64,000 bases of DNA, taken from a bacterium (lineage in GTDB: Bacteria; Patescibacteriota; Minisyncoccia; Phycocordibacterales; CAIZLB01). The notes under the pieces were generated by a model. That model saw nothing but the letters and a program-made list of their open reading frames with translations, was not told the DNA's origin and made no database searches. The DNA lies in the NCBI GenBank assembly GCA_031411135.1, contig JANOAN010000006.1:272-64271 (forward strand). Reading direction: 5' to 3'. This document shows, in pieces, positions 48,760-57,296 of the stretch. The position numbers and the translations under genes are program-made. Position 1 is the first letter of the stretch. Each line of letters begins with the position of its first letter.

Positions 48760-50091
48760 ATGAAGTGTTTTTTACGTTGCCTACTTATATTCACGCTGAT
48801 ATGTAATACGCCTTTTGCTCTTGCACAAGCAACTAACCCCAGTTTAACCCCTGATCAAGAGCGGGCACTTCGAGATGAATTAACCCAAATCGAACAGCAA
48901 ATAAAACAGCAACAGGTAATTCTCGATCAGAAGCAAGGCGAAGCAACAGCTTATCAAAGCGATATAAAAAAATTAGATGCTCAGATTAAGCAAGCGAAAT
49001 TAAAGATTCGCGCACACGAAATTTCCATACAAAACCTCGGAAAAGATATCGAAGTTAAAAAGAACACTATTCAATCATTAAGCGAAAGGATTGCTAAAAG
49101 TCGCGAATCGTTGACTCGAATTTTACAACGAACTCAGGCGCTCGATAACTTCTCTACAATCGAAGCGATTTTAAGTGGCCAAAAAATGTCCGATTTTTTT
49201 GTTGATATTGGAAACTATTCGAACCTTAAGAAAGATTTGAAAGTTCTTTTGGATAATATTGAATCTGCAAAAACTCAAAACGAAGAATTGAAACAACAAT
49301 TAGACGACAAACGTAGTCAGGAGATTTTTACAAAAATAAACGTTGAAGACCAGAAGAAGAATATTGAAGGAGCTGAAGCTCAGAAACAAAAACTTCTTAG
49401 TCTGAATAAGGCTGAACAAAGTAAATACAAATCAGATATTACTAATAAACAGGCGAGGGCTACGCAAATTCGAAATGCCTTGTTTGCTTTGCGAGATAGT
49501 CCAGCTATTAAATTCGGAGATGCGTTGGCTTATGCCAAGAAAGCTTCACAGGTGACCGGAGTGCGCCCTGCGTTCATTCTCGCGGTTATCCAGCAGGAAT
49601 CTAACCTGGGGGCAAACGTGGGAGCTTGTAAGCTTACCGATACAACAACTGGCGCTGGTGTTAAAATTAAAAGTGGTGCCTATGTTTCAAACCTAATGAA
49701 ACCAAGCCGTGACATCCAGCCTTTCCTTCAAATTACAGCAGCAGCGGGACGTGACCCTTTAAAACAGCCAGTCTCATGTCCTCTTGAAATTGGCTGGGGA
49801 GGTGCCATGGGTCCAGCCCAATTTATCCCTTCAACTTGGGTGCTTTTTACAAGCCGTGTAGCAACCGCACTTGGAAAAACAAGCTCGGATCCTTGGAATC
49901 CTGAGGATGCCATTATGGCCTCAGCTATGTATTTAGGAGACTTGGGTGCCGGTGCAGGGAACGAAAAAAATGCGGCGTGTAAGTATTACTCTGGACGATC
50001 ATGTAGTGGATCTAACTCTTTCTATGGTAGTCAGGTTGTAAATAAAGCCGGTGACATCCAGGCAAACATCGACATATTGCAGAATTCCTAA
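48760..50091 (+). CDS. secreted coiled-coil protein with C-terminal lytic-transglycosylase (SLT)-like domain
   Basis: Signal peptide, then roughly 230 aa of heptad-rich Q/K/E sequence. The C-terminal AVIQQESNLG...GAMGPAQFIPSTW resembles the SLT catalytic E-S ... GLMQ block. Confidence 0.5.
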   Translation: MKCFLRCLLIFTLICNTPFALAQATNPSLTPDQERALRDELTQIEQQIKQQQVILDQKQGEATAYQSDIKKLDAQIKQAKLKIRAHEISIQNLGKDIEVKKNTIQSLSERIAKSRESLTRILQRTQALDNFSTIEAILSGQKMSDFFVDIGNYSNLKKDLKVLLDNIESAKTQNEELKQQLDDKRSQEIFTKINVEDQKKNIEGAEAQKQKLLSLNKAEQSKYKSDITNKQARATQIRNALFALRDSPAIKFGDALAYAKKASQVTGVRPAFILAVIQQESNLGANVGACKLTDTTTGAGVKIKSGAYVSNLMKPSRDIQPFLQITAAAGRDPLKQPVSCPLEIGWGGAMGPAQFIPSTWVLFTSRVATALGKTSSDPWNPEDAIMASAMYLGDLGAGAGNEKNAACKYYSGRSCSGSNSFYGSQVVNKAGDIQANIDILQNS

Positions 50092-50115
50092 TCTTCTGAT
50101 AATATCTAACGACTT

Positions 50116-50340
50116 ATGAAAGCAGACATCCACCCAGAATATAACAAAGACGCCGTTTTTACCTGCGCATGCGGAGCGATTTACAATATGGGCTCAACTA
50201 AAAAGGAGGTCAATGTTGAAATTTGCGCTAATTGCCACCCATTTTACACAGGTCAGGAGAAGGTTCTAGACACAGCCGGACGAGTAGAAAAATTCAAGGC
50301 TCGAGCTGCTAGTACTAAAAATGCCAAGAAGGCAAAGTAA
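50116..50340 (+). CDS. rpmE: 50S ribosomal protein L31
   Basis: MKADIHPEY...CACG...[10 protein letters not shown] (zinc-ribbon type). Confidence 0.9.
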   Translation: MKADIHPEYNKDAVFTCACGAIYNMGSTKKEVNVEICANCHPFYTGQEKVLDTAGRVEKFKARAASTKNAKKAK

Positions 50341-50351
50341 CTTAATTTAGA

Positions 50352-50385
50352 AAAAGCCACTTTTAATAAAGGTGGCTTTTTCTTT
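50352..50385 (+). terminator. rho-independent terminator after rpmE
   Basis: AAAGCCAC ttttaataaag GTGGCTTT, then TTCTTTT. Confidence 0.6.
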
Positions 50386-50400
50386 TGATATAATAAAACA

Positions 50401-51378
50401 ATGGATATTGAAGCATTAAAAAAGAATCACGAGACGAACTATCTTGCTACAGAATTTGAAAGACTCGAAAAAGAAAAACGAGAGGTTTTGGCTATGGGCG
50501 AATCTGACCCCACTATGAAAGAGATGGCTGAAGAGGATGCTAAAAATTTAGATGTTCAAATAGAAGATATTAGAGGAAAGATTCAAGGAATTTTAGATCG
50601 TGATAAAGAAGAAGATGAATTTCCGTCCGAAGTTATTTTGGAAGTACGCCCAGGAACAGGAGGAGAGGAAGCATCATTATTTGCTGAAGAACTTTGCAAC
50701 ATGTATTTAAAGTTCGCAGTGACGAGAGGTTGGCAAACCCAGACCATTGATATTTCAGAAAGTGAATCTGGTGGCTACAAGCTCGCATCATTCGAATTGA
50801 AAGGAAAGCAGATTTACAAATATATGAGATATGAAACCGGAGTGCACCGAGTGCAACGTGTACCTGCAACTGAAAAATCTGGCCGTATCCACACTTCGAC
50901 TGTAACCGTTGGAGTCTTACCTTTAAAGAAAAAAATTACAGTTGAAGTTAACCCAGGTGACATCGAAATGGAATTTTCTCGTTCAGGTGGAGCCGGAGGA
51001 CAGAACGTAAACAAAGTGGAAACTGCTGTTAGACTTATTCACAAGCCAACAGGAATTGATGTGCGATCTACATCTGCTCGAAGTCAGTTAAAGAATAGAG
51101 AACAGGCTATGCAGATTTTGATGGCAAAACTTCAACAATTAAAAGAAGAGGAAGAAGCTAAAAAGTACGCTAAAAACCGAAAGGATCAGATTGGAACAGG
51201 GGACAGGTCTGAAAAAATCCGTACATATAACTTCCTGCAGGACAGAATTACTGATCACCGAATTAAACAGTCATGGCACAGTATTGAACGGGTGATGTTA
51301 GGGGAATTTGGTCCGATTATGGACGCGCTGCAGAATTTTAATGGTGAGGTGGGGGAGAGCACGGTGGATGATGACTAG
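50401..51378 (+). CDS. prfA: peptide chain release factor 1
   Basis: [17 protein letters not shown] (the RF1 PxT tripeptide) and [17 protein letters not shown] (GGQ). TGATATAAT lies 6 nt upstream of the ATG. Confidence 0.85.
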   Translation: MDIEALKKNHETNYLATEFERLEKEKREVLAMGESDPTMKEMAEEDAKNLDVQIEDIRGKIQGILDRDKEEDEFPSEVILEVRPGTGGEEASLFAEELCNMYLKFAVTRGWQTQTIDISESESGGYKLASFELKGKQIYKYMRYETGVHRVQRVPATEKSGRIHTSTVTVGVLPLKKKITVEVNPGDIEMEFSRSGGAGGQNVNKVETAVRLIHKPTGIDVRSTSARSQLKNREQAMQILMAKLQQLKEEEEAKKYAKNRKDQIGTGDRSEKIRTYNFLQDRITDHRIKQSWHSIERVMLGEFGPIMDALQNFNGEVGESTVDDD

Positions 51379-51554
51379 GCAGTTTTTAGTTTCTTTTGAA
51401 GCAACTTCTTTTTGTTTTCTCGTTCAATTTGTGCCTTTATTTTTTTTCTATCCATCTGGTATTCAGGTTCGAGGGTATCCCACTCCTTTTTAAATTCAGG
51501 GTTTTTCAGCCATTTCTTTTCTAATTCCTTGAAAGATATAGAATCGTTTTTCAT
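51375..51554 (-). CDS. 59-aa putative antitoxin remnant (HigA-like N-terminus, no HTH domain)
   Basis: Read manually: [59 protein letters not shown]. Its TAG stop shares the palindromic CTAG with the prfA stop. Lies 20 nt downstream of the toxin gene. Below the track cutoff. Confidence 0.35.
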   Translation of the reverse strand: MKNDSISFKELEKKWLKNPEFKKEWDTLEPEYQMDRKKIKAQIERENKKKLLQKKLKTA

Positions 51555-51574
51555 AGTCTTATTTTAGTTTATTT

Positions 51575-51877
51575 TTATAATAAATGGAATCTTCTTAAAA
51601 TTTCGTACAAATCCCTCTGTCTAATTTGTTGAGTCTTCTTAAAAAATACGTAAAAAATCACTGCTCTGCCTTGTCTGAATGTATATATTAGACGTATGTT
51701 CTGCCTTTTTATTACCCTAAGCTCAAATATGCCTTTGAAGATTTTTTTACTGTAAGGCACCCTTAGATTGTTTCCAATTTCCTCTAATAATTTAATTGGC
51801 TTTTTACACCCGACCTGTGAATTTTCAGGCAGGTTGTTCATGAACTCTGCCGGTTGGCTCTTGATTTCAATTTCCAT
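51575..51877 (-). CDS. RelE/ParE-superfamily toxin, HigB/Gp49-like (phage-derived killer protein family)
   Basis: LRVPYSKKIFKGIFELRVIKRQNIRLIYTFRQGRAVIFYVFFKKTQQIRQRDLY parallels the family consensus GRPYVKHL.GGIYELRI...YRILYFF...IVLLHGFQKKTQKTP. Confidence 0.7.
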   Translation of the reverse strand: MEIEIKSQPAEFMNNLPENSQVGCKKPIKLLEEIGNNLRVPYSKKIFKGIFELRVIKRQNIRLIYTFRQGRAVIFYVFFKKTQQIRQRDLYEILRRFHLL

Positions 51878-51976
51878 ACATCCACTATTTCACACCGAGT
51901 TTAAATTTATATTAAGAAAGAATGAAGAATCGAAAAGCCCATTAAACAACCCTGAATTACTTATCCTAAACCCCCG

Positions 51977-52005
51977 TTGCCAACCTCCACCTCCTATGCT
52001 ATATT
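51977..52005 (+). promoter_or_regulatory. sigma70-like promoter for rpsB (TTGCCA-17-TGcTATATT), 11 nt from the ATG
   Basis: TTGCCA 51977-51982, 17-nt spacer, TATATT 52000-52005, preceded by TGc. Confidence 0.55.
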
Positions 52006-52016
52006 CCTTCCTACAT

Positions 52017-52751
52017 ATGTCATCAACAACAGCAAGCAAAACTGCCTCAAAATCAGTCGTCGACGAAATGTTCAAAGTCGGCGCTCATTACGGTTTTATC
52101 AAGTCGCGCCGACACCCAACGGTCAAGCCTTTTATTTTTGGTACTAAAAATACAGTTGAAATTTTCAACTTAGAAGTAACAGAGGCACAATTGGCAAAAG
52201 CCGAAGCTTTCATTCAGGAAATCGCAGGAAAGGGCAAGCAGATTCTTTTCGCATCAGGAAAGAGTGAAATCAAAAACCCACTACAGCACGGTGCTGAGGC
52301 TTGTAACATGCCATTCGTGGCCGGCCGATGGATTGGTGGAACTTTCACAAACTTCGAAGCTATCCGAAGACGAGCTGACAAACTTACAGAATTAATTTCT
52401 CAGAAGGAAAAGGGCGAACTTAACAAATATACAAAGAAGGAGCGATTGTTGATCGATCGTGATATCACAAAATTGCAGACTCTCTTTGGTGGCCTTGTTT
52501 CTATGAAGTCACTTCCTGGTGCACTATTCGTAGTTGACGCCAAGAAAGAACACATTGCAGTCGCCGAAGCAAACGATGCTGGAATCCCAGTTATTGCACT
52601 TTGTGGTTCTGACAACGACATATCTGTTGTTAAATTCCCAATCATCGCTAACGATTCATCAGTAGACAGTATGACTTACTTCATCAGTCGCGTTTCGCAT
52701 GCTGTAAAGACTGCTCCAAAGGCATCTGAGCCTATTGTCGACTCTAAATAA
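52017..52751 (+). CDS. rpsB: 30S ribosomal protein S2
   Basis: MFKVGAHYGFIKSRRHPTVKPFIFGTKNTVEIFNLEVT is S2-like. The track ORF (51768) extends upstream over the toxin gene, so the start was trimmed to the ATG at 52017 (MSSTT...). Confidence 0.8.
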   Translation: MSSTTASKTASKSVVDEMFKVGAHYGFIKSRRHPTVKPFIFGTKNTVEIFNLEVTEAQLAKAEAFIQEIAGKGKQILFASGKSEIKNPLQHGAEACNMPFVAGRWIGGTFTNFEAIRRRADKLTELISQKEKGELNKYTKKERLLIDRDITKLQTLFGGLVSMKSLPGALFVVDAKKEHIAVAEANDAGIPVIALCGSDNDISVVKFPIIANDSSVDSMTYFISRVSHAVKTAPKASEPIVDSK

Positions 52752-52772
52752 TTTAGTTATAATAAACAACCT

Positions 52773-53366
52773 ATGACAACTATTTCAATGGACCTTGTTA
52801 AGGAGTTACGAGATTTGACGGGTATTTCTGTAATGCAGTGCCGAAAGGCTTTAGAGGAGGCAGGCGGGGATAAAGAAAAGGCTATTATTCTACTTCGAAA
52901 AAAAGGCGCTGAAATCGCCTCTAAAAAGGGTGACCGAACCCTTGGAGCGGGTGTTGTAGCCTCATACGTGCACAGCAACAAGACTTTAGGCGCTATGGTA
53001 GAATTAATGTCAGAGACAGACTTCGTCTCTAAGAACGCCGAATTTATGGCTTTGGCGTATGATATCGCTATGCAGGTATCTGCAGCTAATCCTGATTTCG
53101 TTCGAAAGGATGAAATCAAAGAAGAAGATAAGGCACGTGCCACTGAGGTCTTTGCAAAAGAGGTAGAAGGCAAGCCAGAGGAAATGAAGGCAAAGATTCT
53201 TCAGGGCAAATTGGATGCGTACTTCAAAGACAAAATCCTTTTGGAACAACCTTTCATCAAGAATCCTGATCTTACGATCGGACAAATGATTGAAAATGCT
53301 ATCCAGAAATTCGGTGAAAAAATCGAGATTGGAAAGTTTGTCAGAATGTCGATTTTGGGTAAGTAG
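52773..53366 (+). CDS. tsf: elongation factor Ts
   Basis: LVKELRDLTGISVMQCRKALEEAGGDKEKAIILLRKKG is a UBA-like N-terminus typical of EF-Ts. Confidence 0.85.
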   Translation: MTTISMDLVKELRDLTGISVMQCRKALEEAGGDKEKAIILLRKKGAEIASKKGDRTLGAGVVASYVHSNKTLGAMVELMSETDFVSKNAEFMALAYDIAMQVSAANPDFVRKDEIKEEDKARATEVFAKEVEGKPEEMKAKILQGKLDAYFKDKILLEQPFIKNPDLTIGQMIENAIQKFGEKIEIGKFVRMSILGK

Positions 53367-53390
53367 TCGCAGGGGCTTAACCCTGCAATT

Positions 53391-53756
53391 ATGTTAACTA
53401 CATCTATAATTTTCATAGCCTCCACAGTTACAGCTCTCTTTATTTTGGCTAATAAAATCGGCCAGACAAACGGGTCACGTTGGTATGTACAGTTGCACTC
53501 TCATGAATTTGAACACAAGGTGATCAGTAAATTGGCGGCTTTTTGGGATGTTGCTTCTCATTCGACTAGAACAACTCTTCGATCAGTTTCTGCCAAGGTC
53601 CTCGAAAAAATGGAAAAGTTTTTCATGAAAGTTTTCTTCAAGCTATTTCGATACATCAACAAATTGTCTGATATGGTTAAGGGAAAAGATGTTCCAAAAA
53701 ACAAAGGATCGGCATCATTTTTCTTGAAAAGGATAGATGAGACAGAGAAGTTGTAA
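53391..53756 (+). CDS. hypothetical protein (N-terminal TM helix)
   Basis: 121-aa ORF with no recognised motif. Confidence 0.3.
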   Translation: MLTTSIIFIASTVTALFILANKIGQTNGSRWYVQLHSHEFEHKVISKLAAFWDVASHSTRTTLRSVSAKVLEKMEKFFMKVFFKLFRYINKLSDMVKGKDVPKNKGSASFFLKRIDETEKL

Positions 53757-53759
53757 AGT

Positions 53760-53788
53760 TTGAAAAAATATTTAGCTTGTGTTATATT
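53760..53788 (+). promoter_or_regulatory. sigma70-like promoter for tRNA-Thr (TTGAAA-17-TATATT)
   Basis: TTGAAA 53760-53765, exact 17-nt spacer, TATATT 53783-53788. The predicted TSS coincides with the start of the hairpin motif at 53796. Confidence 0.6.
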
Positions 53789-53795
53789 CTTAACA

Positions 53796-53839
53796 CGTCG
53801 CGCAGACAGTGAACGGTGCGCGACGAAATTTCGCAAAAT
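53796..53839 (+). promoter_or_regulatory. GC-rich hairpin + ATTTCGCAAAAT leader motif, copy B (paralog of 28588..28630)
   Basis: CGTCGCGCA gacagtgaacgg TGCGCGACG (9-bp perfect stem), then aa-ATTTCGCAAAAT, ending 2 nt before the tRNA-Thr. Confidence 0.45.
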
Positions 53840-53841
53840 TT

Positions 53842-53917
53842 GCCGCTTTAGCTCAGTTGGTAGAGCAACTGTTTTGTAAACAGTAGGTCCTCAGTTCGAA
53901 TCTGAGAAGCGGCTCCA
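53842..53917 (+). tRNA. tRNA-Thr (anticodon TGT), CCA encoded
   Basis: Manual fold: acceptor GCCGCTT/AAGCGGC, D-arm AGCTCAGTTGGTAGAGC, anticodon stem ACTGT/ACAGT with loop TTTGTAA, T-arm CTCAG-TTCGAAT-CTGAG, discriminator T, CCA. Confidence 0.85.
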
Positions 53918-53926
53918 AAAAAGTAA

Positions 53927-55198
53927 TTATTGGGCAGAAGTTCCTACTCCTCGAAGAAAATCAATTATTCCAGTAGGCGATCCAACTTGAACACAACTTG
54001 TTCCTGCATAGACCATACATGGGACACCACTTTGAATATAACCACCTAAAACCTGGGGCCCTGGCTGAAATACATTATAAGCTTGGAAAAGCCTAGATAC
54101 ACCAGGAATATAGAGTAACTGAATTACGGATTTTAAATCTACATCATAAATAAATAGAAGTATAAAAGCTGTGCAAGTACAATACTGTACATAGACTATT
54201 CTTCCACCAAAGACGGTTCGCACACCACCGCTACTGGAAGATTTTCCAATAGCAGAAGAGATGGCTGCGGCCCCAACAATACCAGCTGCAACTCCAATGT
54301 TTGCATTTGAGGATGAAGAGTTGCTTGTTCCAGTGGCACTGGCCGCTGAGGTTCCGGGATTGTATGTGAACAGGTCATTATTTGTATTGTTTGAGGTGTT
54401 GTTTTGCGTTGTTGACCCTGCGCGATCTTGGACATTAATTACAAATTCTTTGGTTACATATTGATTCCCTGAGGAAATACGAACAATGAAAGTGTAAGAT
54501 CCAGCGGACTTCGGTGTTCCTGATAATGTAAAGGGAGCTTTACAAGGAGATGTTACGCAAACTCCACTTCGAGCTGTAATTCCACTTGGTAGTGAGCCAT
54601 ATAAAACTACCCAGTTGTATGATTCATTGCCGCCAATTCCCTGAATTGTACCTGAATAGGAAGTTTCTACTGTCGCAGAGGGGACAGAGGCTGTAGTGAT
54701 TGAAAGTGGTGTGGTTGAAGCTGTCGTTGTTGTAATATCAAGACTGGTTGTTTCGGTACTAGAAGGTAGGTTGTTTTTTGTGTTGTCGAGAATCTGATTC
54801 AGAACACTACGGCTTCGAGCCCCGATAATCCCGGTTGGATTAGAAAATCCAAGTGGTTCAAGAATTACTGATTTGTATATAATCTGAAACCTTTCAACTG
54901 CATTTTGAGTAGCATTTCCAAAATAAGTTGTCTCGTTGCCCTGACTTCCTGGCCCTGTTAATTTTACAACTGTCCGACTGTCGCTGTTCAATAATATCTG
55001 GAGCATTCTGACCTGCTCGCTATCAAGTCCGTTGTACATGTCTTGTGTAAAGAGAAAATTGTTGGGTATTCCATTTAAACCGGATGTACTTGCAGGTGAG
55101 GTGCTAGTTGCTACTTCAGTAGCCAAAAGGGCCAGTGGATGCATAAAGAACATGAACGCCGAAAGAAAAATCGCAATAGGTTTGTACCATGTTCTCAT
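53927..55198 (-). CDS. secreted Thr/Ser-rich protein with putative peptidoglycan-binding (PG_binding_1-like) domain
   Basis: Signal peptide. LDSEQVRMLQILLNS...GPGSQGNETTYFGNATQNAVERFQ resembles the PG-binding helical repeat. T/S-rich linkers follow. Confidence 0.45.
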   Translation of the reverse strand: MRTWYKPIAIFLSAFMFFMHPLALLATEVATSTSPASTSGLNGIPNNFLFTQDMYNGLDSEQVRMLQILLNSDSRTVVKLTGPGSQGNETTYFGNATQNAVERFQIIYKSVILEPLGFSNPTGIIGARSRSVLNQILDNTKNNLPSSTETTSLDITTTTASTTPLSITTASVPSATVETSYSGTIQGIGGNESYNWVVLYGSLPSGITARSGVCVTSPCKAPFTLSGTPKSAGSYTFIVRISSGNQYVTKEFVINVQDRAGSTTQNNTSNNTNNDLFTYNPGTSAASATGTSNSSSSNANIGVAAGIVGAAAISSAIGKSSSSGGVRTVFGGRIVYVQYCTCTAFILLFIYDVDLKSVIQLLYIPGVSRLFQAYNVFQPGPQVLGGYIQSGVPCMVYAGTSCVQVGSPTGIIDFLRGVGTSAQ

Positions 55199-55219
55199 GG
55201 GACAATTATAACATAGCCT

Positions 55220-55930
55220 TTATCTGTTTGTGGATGTCGATGTAGTCGAAGAGCTGTTCTCGATTCTCTCTTTATCAAGCTCTTTTAATTCCGGAAGGAT
55301 TTCTTTCATTTTGTCTATCGAAAGAAATCCTTTATAAGTTTCTTCATTTATAACAAGAACAGGGTAGGGTTCTGCCACTTTGTAAATTTTAGCAAGCGTG
55401 TCGACTGCAGAAACAGATAGGCGTCGATCAAATGAATATATTCGAACATTTGGATAGGTGTTTCTTAGATGGTTTAAAACCGCACTAGTTTTTTCACAAT
55501 CTGCACATTCGGTCTTGCTTCCATAAAAGTAAAGGATAGAAATAGGCTTTAGTCCACACTTTTCGCTAAGTCTCTGCATTAATGAGAAATCTTTTATTTG
55601 TAGTAGTTCGTAATATTTCTTGATGTGATTAAACTCCTCGTTACTTTGGCTAGATTCTAGATAGGAAAGTTTTTGCTCGAGGCTATTTAATTCAGTTGAC
55701 AAAATACTGTCGTTAACATTTTTACACGAAGTTTCTCGAAGTAGATCGTACTGAGTTTCTGATGACAGGATGTTTAAAGAAATAGTGTCCTGTAGGGAAC
55801 GAAGGTCTCCAGTTCTTGATTTGTCTAGTATATTATTGACCCATAAGGCGAGTCCAAAAAGCAACGAGGTAATGATGAATGTCATTACGTACTTGCTCCA
55901 ATCAATAGGTTTTCGATTATGTTCGTTCAT
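55220..55930 (-). CDS. membrane-anchored thioredoxin-fold protein (CxxC: ECADC)
   Basis: N-terminal TM helix. ILYFYGSKTECADCEKTSAVLNHL is a thioredoxin-like CxxC context. Start trimmed from the track (56089) to the Met at 55930, which removes a 155-nt overlap with the upstream GT2. Confidence 0.45.
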   Translation of the reverse strand: MNEHNRKPIDWSKYVMTFIITSLLFGLALWVNNILDKSRTGDLRSLQDTISLNILSSETQYDLLRETSCKNVNDSILSTELNSLEQKLSYLESSQSNEEFNHIKKYYELLQIKDFSLMQRLSEKCGLKPISILYFYGSKTECADCEKTSAVLNHLRNTYPNVRIYSFDRRLSVSAVDTLAKIYKVAEPYPVLVINEETYKGFLSIDKMKEILPELKELDKERIENSSSTTSTSTNR

Positions 55931-55934
55931 AGTT

Positions 55935-57215
55935 TTATCTCCAAGCCGCATCGCGCTTTCGTATTGTATTATATACCGATTTTGCAAGCCAGATAGGTGA
56001 GATGAGAGAATATAGCATGATGAAGTAAACCATGTCCATTTTTTTTGAGTCTTTAACATTGGCCAGTTTTCGTCCACGCCACACTGCAAAAAAAATCAAT
56101 CCTAGAGAAAAGATACTTAGCAAGAAAGTTCCTTGGGTGTGGTAGTAAAGCCAATCTTTAAATTGAGTGATGGTGTCTAAAGAAAAACTGTTTCCAAAAT
56201 AACCAAGCTGATTTTTCCATCCTATAACATTAATATCATTTATCGTCTTGATAGATCTAGCAATAATTTCAAAAACACTGTAGCAAAGAGCGAACATCGT
56301 TCCGACAATAATCCACATGGTAAGAGGGAGAACTAGCATACCTATGTTTCCATATTTAGGGTTAAGAATCATATGCTTGTAATCAATGGCGTTTTGAATG
56401 AATCCTCCGGTCCAGCGGACTCTTTGTCGGTAGAGTCGATATAGGGTACGTGGTCCCACCGTGTACACTACAGCTCTGTCTGCACATGAAATTTTCATAT
56501 GTTTGCTCTGCATGCGAAGGGCCATTTCGAGGTCTTCGGTATTGTGTGCGTGGCGATAGTTTCCAATTTGCTCAAAAACTTTGGTTCTAAAGATTGAAAA
56601 TGGACCAGGTGTAACGTACTGGGCGTCTATAAGTCCCATAATTTTTCGTAGAAAAATCCCCATATTATATTCAGCATTTTGCATCATTCTCACAAAGGTA
56701 TCTGGATTCTGAATCTTCATTGATGGTGTGACAGCCATGATTTTCTTGTCAGAAAATTTATCAATGATGTGTCGTAAAGCCTCAGAGTCGACTTCTGAAT
56801 CGGCATCTAAACACCCGATGAAATCGGTTGTGCAATTTGCAATACCATGATTTAAGGCTGTGTACTTCCCACCATTTTCCTTTTTATGTAAAGTGATGTT
56901 GGAAATATTTGAAAATTTTTGGATTAGGTTCCAGGTGTTGTCAGTTGATCCGTCATCAACGATGCTAATTAGAAGTTTTTCTTTTGGATAATTTAGTTCT
57001 AAAAGTGATTGTATGGTTTTTTCGACTGTGGCGAATTCATTAAAAACAGGGACAAGGATTGTCACAGAGGGGAGTTCTTCTTCGCGAAGTGGCAAAGGGG
57101 CTGGTTTTATCCTAAATTCATGCTTATTCTCGAAAAAAGTAAGCAAAATAAAGACCTGGTAGTAGACCAAAAAAAACATGAAAAAGTAAATAATAGAGGA
57201 GACGGAAAGTGCCAT
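55935..57215 (-). CDS. processive family-2 glycosyltransferase (cellulose/chitin/PNAG-synthase-like, QxxRW)
   Basis: ISIVDDGSTDNT, DADSEVD (DxD), QRVRWTGG (QxxRW), and flanking TM helices. Confidence 0.7.
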   Translation of the reverse strand: MALSVSSIIYFFMFFLVYYQVFILLTFFENKHEFRIKPAPLPLREEELPSVTILVPVFNEFATVEKTIQSLLELNYPKEKLLISIVDDGSTDNTWNLIQKFSNISNITLHKKENGGKYTALNHGIANCTTDFIGCLDADSEVDSEALRHIIDKFSDKKIMAVTPSMKIQNPDTFVRMMQNAEYNMGIFLRKIMGLIDAQYVTPGPFSIFRTKVFEQIGNYRHAHNTEDLEMALRMQSKHMKISCADRAVVYTVGPRTLYRLYRQRVRWTGGFIQNAIDYKHMILNPKYGNIGMLVLPLTMWIIVGTMFALCYSVFEIIARSIKTINDINVIGWKNQLGYFGNSFSLDTITQFKDWLYYHTQGTFLLSIFSLGLIFFAVWRGRKLANVKDSKKMDMVYFIMLYSLISPIWLAKSVYNTIRKRDAAWR

Positions 57216-57296
57216 AAATAGGCTTTTAATATAGCAGATATGGCGTTTTTTTCAAACTCGGCTTATACTCTTTATATGAAAGGTTATTCGCATGTC

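Noticed and set aside
51768-52016. N-terminal 83 codons of the track's rpsB ORF
   Set aside because: They overlap the oppositely oriented toxin gene and the rpsB promoter, and have no homology to S2. The true start is the ATG at 52017.
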